Source of the DNA: the human T2T-CHM13v2.0 reference genome, Homo sapiens | Assembly (NCBI GenBank): GCA_009914755.4 | Contig: CP068257.2 | Coordinates: forward strand, 36,640,001 to 36,704,000 | Direction of reading: 5' to 3' | DNA length: 64,000 nt | Part shown: one piece after another, positions 53,418-64,000 of the stretch | How the letters are laid out: each line of letters begins with the position of its first letter | Position numbering within the stretch: the stretch's first letter is position 1 | Notes under the pieces: model-generated | Told to the model about the DNA's origin: nothing | What the model saw: the letters and a program-made list of their open reading frames with translations, nothing else | Database searches by the model: none | Made by a program: the position numbers and the translations under genes

Positions 53418-53731
53418 CTTTTCCTTCTTTTCTTTTCTTTTTTTTTTTGTTGAGACAGGATCTCACTCTGTCACCTGGGCTGGAGTGCAGTGGCGTGATC
53501 ACGGGTCACTGTAACAACTTCCCAGGCTCAAGCAATCCTCCCGCTTCATCCTCCTGAGTAACTGGGACTGCAGGTGTGCGCCACGATACCCGGATAATTT
53601 TTTAATTTTTTTGTAGAGATGAGGTCTCAGCTTATTGCTCAGGCTGATGGCGAACTCCTGAGCTCAAGCGATCTTCACACCTTGGCCTCCCAAAGTGTTG
53701 GGATTACAGGTGTGAGCCACTATGCTCAGTC
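53418..53731 (-). mobile_element. Full-length Alu (AluJ/S-like, antisense); TSD approx TTTTCCTTCT
   Basis: ttccttcttttcttttctttttttttttgttgagacaggatctcactctgtcacctgggctggagtgcagtggcgtgatcacgggtcactgtaacaacttcccaggctcaagcaatcctcccgcttcatcc...ttgggattacaggtgtgagccactatgctcagtc. Confidence 0.9.
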
Positions 53732-55544
53732 TGGATTTTTTCCTTCTGGCCTAGTGTTTTATCTCCAAAATTTACAACATGGAAATCTCATGGTGGAGCA
53801 GATTTCCATGTGAGATGGATCAAAATTAGGGCAAAAGTGATAGCAGAATAGATAACCCAGGTGAAAGCATGAGACTGGGAGTCTGGATAAATTGCCTAAA
53901 GGCCTAACATGCTTCAAAAGGTCTGTTATTTAGAGGCTGGCAACATGAGATAAATATCCCGAAGGTAGAGAAGATATGAAGTGATCAATTGAAAAGGAAA
54001 AGGCAGAGGAGTAAGAATGCCATTCATCAAGACAAAAACAGAATCCACATCCCTGCTGTTCATCTAAGCAGAGACAAACGGTTGACCAAAGACTAGACAT
54101 GGGGTGACTAAGATTAAGAAATCCTACAGAAAAGTCAAGATGAACAAGCATTCAGTTCTCAAGTCCTCACATTCATTATGATTGCATCATATGAGGCTCA
54201 GAAAAGTTGAGTAATTTGTCCAGTTACCCATCTACCAAGGCGTAAAGCCAGGAGTGGCCAACATAAAAGCCTGGTTTCCTCTCCATGTTTTGTCCTGCCT
54301 CCCAGGTGGGCCATTACAGGGTGCATCCAAAAAAGCATAGGTGATTTGGTGGTTGATGCTCTTGGAGCCAAAGCAGCATTTGCTTTGTGCTCAAGTGTTT
54401 CCATCAAGTGAAAACAAAGCCATGGTTGAATTGCGGTGTCACCACAGACGACTTGCGGGCGTTGAATTCATGCAATGCAAATAATAAGGGATTGTGCCAG
54501 TGTGCCTCCCATTGTGAATAGAGCAGTGAGCTTTCAACTGAATGTTTTGCTGAGTTCTAAAAACCTGATTTGTAAGGATTTATACTGGGCTTCTCAGAGA
54601 GGCTTTAGGGTAGGTAATTATTTTAAGGTCTTGGCTGATTGAGTCAAGCGGCAAAGAGAGCTTTGTAGAGACAAGCAAACACTGCAGAAACAGTGCAGCT
54701 GGCAAATCCGATACTGAGCTTACAGGGCCTAAAGGGAGCAGGTGAGTGGTCCCAGCACAAGCAGTCACTGCAATTACAGTGACCAGGCCCGGGGAAGGAA
54801 GGCTCAAGATCCAGACACCAAGAAAAGCTAGAAACACAGGGCAAGAGAACAAGGGGTCTTAGAAGCTGACTCTAGAAAGATGTTCTGACAGATTGCTCTT
54901 GGCACTAGGGAAGACCTGCCTACAAATCTCTCCATTTCACAAGCAGATAAATAAAGAGGGGCAAATAGGAGAGGAGTGGAGTATGAACCCACAACACATG
55001 ACGGAGATCAAGGAAGTAGAGCTTCAGGAGCAGAGACCCAGACCCAGGGCCTTCAAATCAAGGGCAGGACTCTGTCCTTAATAGGAGTCAGGAAGAAGGG
55101 AAGCAAGACAAAAATCCTACTGCAGGGACAGAAAAATGAAGGCTGGAACTCAAGTGCAAAGAGGCTGGCCAACACAGGAAAGGAACTGGGTAAAATACTG
55201 GGGCTTCCTCATTGGAAAGAAGGATTTGTGGCAAGCTGGACCTGGACAAGGTACACTTGTTAAGGAGTCAATGGCTCGTAACATCTTCATCTCTCCTCAG
55301 TAGGAATCAGAGCCGGAAACCACAATTTCTATTTCAGTGCTTCCCAGGGCAAGAATTGGCAGCCAGAAGGCAAGCACATCATCACAGCCTGAAGTGCATA
55401 TTTCATCATCAGATGAAGCGGTTTCTCGCATCATTTATTATTTACCCAGTCACTTTAACAACCACCTGATCTCTGAGACAGGTCCGTGGAGTGTTGTGGT
55501 CTCCACATTAATATTTATTTAGCGATGGACATTGTACTAGGAAA

Positions 55545-56007
55545 TAAAAGCAGATTCCTAAAAGAGCTATGTTATTTGTATTTTTCGAGGGCTGCCATAA
55601 TAACTGCAAACGGTGGTTTAGAACAATTCATTGTATCACATTTCTGGAGGTCAAAAGTCTGAAGGAGGACCATGCTCCCTCTGAGGTATTTTCGCTGGTC
55701 TCTCCCAGCTTCTAGTAGGCTCAGGAGCTCCTTGGTTTGTAGGAGCATAATTCTATAATTCTAATCTCTGTCTTCATGTGCACATGGTGTTCTCACATCA
55801 GCTTCCCTTTGTGCCTGTCTCTGTGTCCAAATTGCCCCCTTTTTATAAGGACTCCAGTCATGTTGGATTAGGGACCACCCTAATGACCTCATTTTAATTT
55901 GACTACCTTTCTAAAGATCCTATTTCCAAATAAGGTCACATTCTGAGGTACTAGGGGGTTAGGGTTTCAACATATCTTTTTGGGAGGATACAATTCAACC
56001 CATAACA
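55545..56007 (-). mobile_element. MaLR-type solo LTR (MLT1/MST-like), antisense
   Basis: The reverse complement begins tgttatgggttgaattgtatcctccc...ctcagaatgtgaccttatttggaaataggatctttagaaaggtagtcaaattaaaatgaggtcattagggtggtccctaatccaacatgactggagtccttataaaaaggggg. It ends ...ccagaaatgtgatacaatgaattgttctaaaccaccgtttgcagttattatggcagccctcgaaaa. These are the hallmark MaLR LTR blocks: TGT..GGGTTGAATTGTGTCC start, CCTAATCCAATATGACTGGTGTCCTTATAAGAAG core, and GTTGTTTAAGCCACC...TATGGCAGCCC end. Confidence 0.6.
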
Positions 56008-57329
56008 CTATTCTTTCCCATCCATTTCATCACCAATTGATCTACCTTCAACCTTCCTTCTAATCAGAATCATACTCATATAAATAAACCAGAATAAGAT
56101 TCTTTGCTTTGGAAGAGACAGAAGCTTTCTCTGGGTTACTGTAACTGTCCTGAATTTCCTATTTCTGCAGAATGGACAGAAAAAGCTGACTTCTAGCAGA
56201 CATTCTATTATAGTTTGACCATAGCCACATGGGAAGTTATGCCAGTGGACATTCCTTTGGAGACAGTTTCTGGTTCTTAGTGCAGAGAGCAAAGAACATT
56301 CTTCCTTGGAAATTGCCTCCACTATTTTGTAAACAGGAGAGGACTTTTCAAACCTGGTTTTCAAACAGCCAGAGACTAATTGTGCCCTCTCCAAGTTAAT
56401 CATATACTGGGCTTCCTCTCTCAACTGCTCTCACAAAGCTTGCTGATTTCTCAATAGCACTGAGATACTTGAAAATAATTGATTTCTAGATGCCTTTCAT
56501 AATTCTGGCTCTGCCATTGTCGTCATTTTGTGTCTCCTACTATAAAGGTTAGGGAAAACCCTTGCTTGGCAAGCCAGCAACTCAGGTATGTTGCCTCAAG
56601 GTGATTCTGCATCCATCACTGGACCACCAGCTGAGGTCCCCACACTTGCTTTGCTTTGCTGAGTCAAGTCGCACCCCATTGTTTTGAGAATAATGCTCTT
56701 ATGTGTTGCATTTCTCCCCAAACCTCTCCTCATCCAGTGCCGGAAACGTGAGAGCTACCCTTGCTTTCTCCCACTCCCTCATCACCTGTATCTAATTCAT
56801 CACAAATCCCCGTCCACGCTACCCCTGGCATTGCTCTCAAGTCAGTTTCTTCTCTTCCATTCTAATCTCCCGGTGCTTAGTTCTGGCCACCATCATCATC
56901 ATCATCACAATATATGTTTTTAAAAAGGCACATTTCACACTGGCTACCCTGTTTCTAGTCTTTCTCCTTCCCAATCTATTCTCCACACTGTACCCAGTGT
57001 GGTCATTCTAAAATAGAAGTCCGATCATATTACTCTTTCACTCAAAACCCAACCTCCAGATAAAGGGCAAGTGTCCAGACATTGGACTCATGCCTCTCCT
57101 TGATCTTGCTCCTGGTAACCTCCTCCCTTGTCATCTCTTTCCCTTGCGCTCTACTTTCAAACATCCTGAACTCTTTGCAATCCCCCAGTGCTGAAGGTTT
57201 TTCCTCCTCCTGCAGCCTCTGGGATATTGGTTATGCTTCTCCTTTCTGGGATGCTACCACCCCAACCCTGGCCAACTCCTGCTTGGTCTGCTGGCTGTCT
57301 GTCTGAATGGCTTTCTTGACAGTGCCTAT

Positions 57330-58345
57330 GTGATTCTAGAGGAAGGGATCCTGCCACTCTGTTGACTTCCCCATGGTGCACAGGACCTGATATGGGATGG
57401 GGGGCAGGGAAGTGCCGGGCAAAGAAGAGCAGAGTCCCTGGTGAGGGCTATACCCTCTGGCCTGTGCCCACGGACCTAAATGAGGATAGGCATTTCTGGT
57501 TTTGAGTTCAAAAAGTTGCCTTTTGGCCTGCCACACCCCTTCCCCCATCCTATGCCTATAAAAATCTAGGACTGTAGCAGGCACAGACACAAGTGGCTAG
57601 ACGTTGAGAGGAGCAGAAGAACACACTGGCAAACACCAGCAGACACTGGCAGGCCAGTGACAGTAGAATGACATAGACACGAAGAGAATTCAGTCAGGGG
57701 TGGTCAGAGAAGAGTCCAGCCGCTGGATGGCCAGACTCCAGGGGAAGATCGCTTTCCCACTCCATCCCCCTTCTGACTCCCCATCCATCTCGCTGAGAGC
57801 TACCTCCACCACTCAATAAAAGCTTGCACTCATCTAAGCCCACGTGTGATCTGATTCTTCCAGTACAGTAGGGCAAGAACCCGGGATACAGAAAGCCCTC
57901 TGTCCTTGTAATGGGGAGTTGTAAACACTCACCCCTAGGTACTGCCATGGGGTTGGAACCCAAACATGCTCCCCGCAACCTCTGCACCTGCTCATCTGCA
58001 TGCTCCCACTATGGGGCTGAACAGTGGGGTTCCAAAGAAGCGAGCAACACCCCTGTTACATGCCCTGCAAGGGGGATAAGGGAACTTCTCCGGTTTCACA
58101 TCCACCTCTCAGAAGGCTGTCCTGACATCATGACCTAGCCTGCCATGCCTCTGGGTAGCATTCCATCTCTGGAGCCAGGCCTTCCAACTGGGCTGCTCCC
58201 AGGCCCTTGCCCACTCTGGTAAGTGGCTCCCCACTGGTTCTTCTGATAAGACCGGGGTGTGGTGAGTGAGATAGGGAGACACTTGCCTCAGGGACAATAT
58301 TTGTGGGTTGCTGAAAAACTCAGTAATCAAGATTCTATTTTAATG
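57330..58345 (+). mobile_element. LTR-like block (possible ERV solo LTR), family not recognised
   Basis: TATA-like ctataaaaatctagg sits at ~57557 and AATAAAAGCTTGCACTCATC at ~57817, which is the R/poly(A)-signal architecture typical of retroviral LTRs. The block lies immediately upstream of the L1M body and is unusually CpG-retaining. I could not identify a primer-binding site. Confidence 0.25.
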
Positions 58346-59912
58346 GATCAGTAAGAGTGCTTAAAGGAATATTTATAGTTTCGGGTGTTTGAGAAGAAAA
58401 AAAAGGTTTCTTCTCCAGCCTTAAAGAGTCAGAAAAAGAAGAATAAATTGAACCCAAAATAGAAGGAAGAAATCAAGGAAATAGGAAATACACTAACAAG
58501 AGTTCTGTTTCCAGCAAAAAAAAATTATCCTCCCACAGATAACAACTATAAGTGCTGGAAAAATACATAAAACCAACTAACCAAGGACCCTAGAGAGTGA
58601 ACCAAAGCAAGCACACTTCACAGGAGAGTTGAAGTTCACAGGAAGCAGCCAGCATGGGGGAAATTCTCATTTTTTTCAGCTTTACCCTAAGGATAGATGC
58701 AGCTGGCTTGTGTCAGAGGTCAACTAAAGCTCCTGTAAATAGCTCACCATTTTTCTGGCTCATGAAAAAAAAGAGAAGGTCCCAAGGGCAATCAGGGCTA
58801 CTGGAGGGTGGAAGAAATCCAAGAAAGAAGAGCACATGAAATGGGAATCCCTAACTTTGTGCATAAACTCTGGACAAGTCAGTGGGTGACCACCGAACCG
58901 TGCATAGAGAGGGCAGACTGCACCAGTCCAAACTAAGATCATAAATACTATGTAACCACTGGCAAGACCAAGCTTGAAGTTTAACTCTAACAAAGTTTAA
59001 CTCTAACTAGCCCTCTAAGTGAACATCCACATACTTTGTAAAAAGAGAATGGAATTCAGAATCTCTACAACTTATCTTTGACAATGTTCAGGATACAATT
59101 CAAAATTAAAAGACCTATGAAGAACCAGGAAAATGTGGCTTACTCTCAAGAGAAAAGGTAGTCAAGAGAGCCTAACCCTGGGGTGATCCTGATGTTGGAA
59201 TTATTACATAAAGGTTGTAAAATAGCTGTTAAAACTATGCTCAGTGATTTAAAGAAAATATGCAATAAATGAAAACTTAAGAAATCTCACTAAATACATA
59301 GAAACATGAAAAGAACCAAATTAAAATTTTAGAACTGGAAAATAAAATACTTGAAATAAAACTTTTACTGGATGAACTGAACAGCATAATGGAGGTGAAA
59401 GAGGAAAGGATAGGTAAGTTTTAATATAAATCAATAGAATTATCCAAACTAAAGACAAGAAAGAAAAAAAGACTAAAAAAAGTTTGTCAAACACCAGGAA
59501 TCTGCGGTATAATGTTAAATGTACTGGCAAAAAAATCCCAGAAAGAGAATGGGGCAGAAAAAAATATTTGCAAAATAATGACAGAAAATAACCCTCATTT
59601 GGTGAAAGAGAAAGATGCACAGATTCCAGAAACTCAGAGGACCCCAAACAGGAGATGTTGTATTATATCAATATATATAGATTATATATGCAGAAGACCA
59701 TTTTAAAAATAATCAAATCAAACTGCTACAAACCAACAATAAAGAGAAACCTTTGAAGAGAGCAAGAAAAAAATTCTACATTACATGCAGGAGAACAATG
59801 ATTCTAATGATCACAGAATCTGAAAAGAGACCATGGGGTGTAGAAGATAGTAGAACAATATTTTAAAATGTTAAGGGGAAAAAAAAACTTGTCAATTTAG
59901 ATTCTATTTCCA

Positions 59913-60012
59913 GATATATATGTTTGTTTCCAGATATATATATATATGAAATATATATATATTTCTATATATATTTCATATATTTTTCTGAAATATATAT
60001 ATATATATTTCA
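59913..60012. repeat. AT-rich (TA)n microsatellite cluster with local duplications
   Basis: ttccagatatatatgtttgtttccagatatatatatatatgaaatatatatatatttctatatatatttcatatatttttctgaaatatatatatatatattt. Confidence 0.9.
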
Positions 60013-61477
60013 AGAATGAAGACAAAATGAAGACATTTTCCAAATAACAGAAAACTAAGAAAAATTGTCTCTACAGACCCACAGCACAAAAAATATTAAA
60101 GGAAGATTTTCAGGCTGAAGGGAAATAAAATGTCAGATGGTAACTTTCATCTTCAAGCAGGAAGAAAAAGCGTCAGAAATGGTAAATATCTAGGGAAAAA
60201 CCTGTTTTCTCTTAATTTATTTAAAACACATATGGATATATTTATAATTCTAAAAGTATCTTGTGGATTATACATCTATATGTATGTGGATTATACATAT
60301 ATGTATGTATACACACATAATAGCATAAAGACAGTGGGGTAGTGAATGGATATACACACTTGTAAGATTCTTACATTCATATAAAATGATACAGTTTAAC
60401 TCGAACTAGACTGAAAAGTTAAGAATGAGCATGGGATCTTCAGAGAAAACCACTAGAACTGATAAATTAGTTTAATAAAGTCACATGGTAAAAGATTATT
60501 ATAATCAATTGTATTTTTAAATACCAGCAGCACAAATTTGGAAAATAAAAGCTAAAAATTTATTTATGATAGCTTCAAAAATAAAATATTTAGGAATATA
60601 TTTGACAAGATATATCTACAACTTACAACTGAAAAATACACAACATTACAGAGAGAAACTAAAGAGCACCTAAATACATGGAGAGATAAACCATGCTCAT
60701 AGGTTGGAAGACTCAATGTGGTTAAAATGTCAATTTCCCCAAATTGATTAATAGATTTATTACAATCCCAACCAAAATTTCAACCAGCTGTTTTGGAGAA
60801 ATTATCAAACAGATTCTAAAATGGATGTCACAATACAAAAGACTCAGAATAGCCTAAGATTTTTTTTAAAAGAATCATTTTAGAGGATTTGTACTAATTA
60901 TGTCAACATTTATTGTGAAGGTGTAGTAATCAAGATGGTATGTAATTACAAAAGGGTAGACATTTATCAATGGATCAGAATAGAGTCCAGAAGTAGACCT
61001 ACACATATAATGCCAATTGAATTTTGGTGAACATGCCTGAAAAAAATTCAATGGGGAAAGGAGAGCCTTTCCAGCAATGGTGCTAGAATAACCAAATCTT
61101 CATACGGAAGAAAAAAACACTACAGAGAACCTCACATCACACACAAATTTTAAAAGGGATTGTAGACCTAAATGTATAAGCTAGAAATACAAAACTTCAA
61201 TTATGTTTTGTTATTAGGTATAAGCTAGAAGTACAAAACTTCTTGGGAAAACATACAAACACATTTTTGTGACTTTGGGGTAGGCAAACATTTCTTAAAC
61301 AGGACGTAACTAGTATAAACAAGGAGAAAGATGATCATTGGATTTTATCAAAATTTTTTAAAATTTCCTAAGGGAAACAATTAAGCTAATAAACACAAAC
61401 CACAACATTCGGCAAAACTATATATATATATGACAAAGCACTTGTATCCAGAATATATAAAGAAGTCCTGCAACTGA

Positions 61478-61757
<280 letters not shown>

Positions 61758-62482
61758 GATTTGAACAGATTCTTCACAAAAAGAAGATATATGAATGGCC
61801 AATAAACATATGAATACATTATTCTACATGATTCGTTGTAGAAATGCAAATTAAAACCACAATGAGATGTCACGATAAACCCATGAACAGAAAATAAAAA
61901 GACTAGCCCAATTGTTAATGGGTACATGGAGCAAACGGAACTCTCGTATACTGCTAAACAGAATACAAAATAGCACAACCACTAAGGAAGACTGACAATT
62001 TCTTAAAAAGTTAAACACACATATTGTAAGACTCAGACATTCCATTCTTAAGCACTACCCAAGTGAAAAGAGAACATCTGTCCACTCAAGGACTTGGTTG
62101 GGCAGTCATCCCTTGGCATCTGAAGGGGATTGGTTCCAGGATCTCCTTCAGATACCAAAATCCAAGGATACTCAAATTCCTTATATCAAATTGTATAACA
62201 TTTGCATATAACCTACATCTATTCTCTTATATACCATCTCTAGATTATTTATAATCATAATACAATGTAAATGCTATGTAAATAGTTGTTTACTATATTT
62301 GATTTTGAAACCTATTATTTTTATTGTTGTATTCTAGTTTGTATTGTTTTGCTATTTATATTTTTGATCCATGGTTGGTTGAACCCACAGACACAGAGGG
62401 CCAACTGTACAATATTGTTCATGGAAGCCTTCTTCATAATAGCCAAAATATCTGTAAACCACCTAAATATTTATCTATTGGT

Positions 62483-62976
<494 letters not shown>

Positions 62977-64000
62977 TTAATCAGAAGTTGCTTGGGGTCA
63001 GGAGTGGAGGGAGAAATGGACTGAAAGGACCTTGAGCAAACTCTGGGAGCAATGAAAATGTTCTGAATCTTAGTTGCAACGACGATTCACAGGTTTATAC
63101 ATCACTCAAAGCACATCAACCAGGACAGTTTAAATAGATCTTTATCTTACTTTTACCACAATAAATTGGATTTTAAAATTAATGTGCATGCTAATCACTA
63201 GGGAGCTAGTTGAAATGGAATTCTGATCCATTAGATTTGGGAGTTTCCTAAGTTTCCACATGTATTACAAGCTGCCAAGTGATACCCATGCTGATGGTCT
63301 GAGTTCCACACTTAAGAGAAGCTTCAGACTACGATTATTCAATCCCCAAATGATGAAGCCGAGGAGCATTTTATGAATTCTCTTCTCGGGTGTGATTAAC
63401 ATTACCTCTCTCATGCTTTTAGAGCTGTGTCATGTCCCGGAACTTCCCCTGACGCGACATTAATACTCTGTGAGGTTGCTAATAACAATCACATCTGGCA
63501 TTTACAAAGCACACACTAAGTGTTGGGTACCGTTCTTACAGCTGTACATGAATTTACACATTTAATCCTTGATACAAAAGCAGGTACTATTACTATCTCA
63601 TATTGACAAATGTCAAAACAAAAGCCCAGAAAGTTTATGGGACTTGCCCAAGGTCACCCAGCTGATGAGCAGATGAGGTGGATTCAAACCTAAGCATCCC
63701 AAACTCTTAAGCACTGTGCTCTGTGGCTTCTCCTTGGAGGAATTATAATCCTCTGAGTGAGGAAATCTTCCTGCTTTGCCACACTTTATGGAGGGCTTTA
63801 CTGGTTCAACATCAAACATTGTTGATTGAGCACTTGCCATGTGTCAGGGATTTACCCAGGAGTTGGTGGTCTGCTCTGTGCATACTTCCCTGAAAACACA
63901 TATAATCCTTTGCCTACTAACCCAGCATTGGCAGTGCCCACTCTGTGGGTTGTTTGCCAAGAATGCTGACTGTCATTACTTTGCCACCTCCCTCCATTCT

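Noticed and set aside
56884-56912. (CAT)n run encoding poly-His in ORF 56684..56923
   Set aside because: A short trinucleotide microsatellite in non-coding context. The ORF has no other protein features.
59512-59706. 64-aa ORF resembling L1 ORF1 C-terminus
   Set aside because: A degraded L1M ORF1 fragment that is not an intact gene.

Overview
This window is primate (human-type) nuclear DNA, not a prokaryotic or accessory-genome segment. I found no CRISPR array, operon, tRNA/rRNA gene, or candidate defence or mobile-genetic-system architecture.

The one clear protein-coding feature is a complete, intronless coding exon at 42695..43822 (+). It encodes a 375-aa inward-rectifier K+ channel: two transmembrane helices flank a pore loop carrying the T-I-G-Y-G selectivity filter, and the C-terminus ends in a -S-N-V PDZ-binding tail. 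I recognise it as Kir4.2/KCNJ15, whose whole CDS lies in the last exon; that locus is on chr21q22.13.

The rest is intron/UTR-like sequence heavily populated by primate retrotransposons:
- at least 16 Alu copies, several with intact target-site duplications;
- four L1 3'-end fragments, two of them young L1PA-like with clean TSDs;
- an old L1M in sense orientation (~58.4-63.2 kb) carrying two nested Alu insertions;
- a MaLR-type solo LTR and a second LTR-like block;
- assorted microsatellites and minisatellites.

Of most interest for follow-up:
- a CpG-undepleted block at the 5' end of the window, with consensus splice donors, that may mark an alternative first exon or promoter of KCNJ15;
- candidate non-coding 5'UTR exons delimited by strong splice sites at ~15.8-16.0 kb and 40.36-40.45 kb;
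- a CpG-retaining E-box/AT-rich cluster at ~20.8-21.1 kb;
- a 37-bp near-perfect inverted repeat at ~3.47-3.58 kb;
- a complex (CA/CG)n tract likely within the 3'UTR of KCNJ15.

I see nothing that supports a previously undescribed biological system here. All coordinates for repeats and candidate exons are by-eye estimates (roughly +/-5-20 bp).
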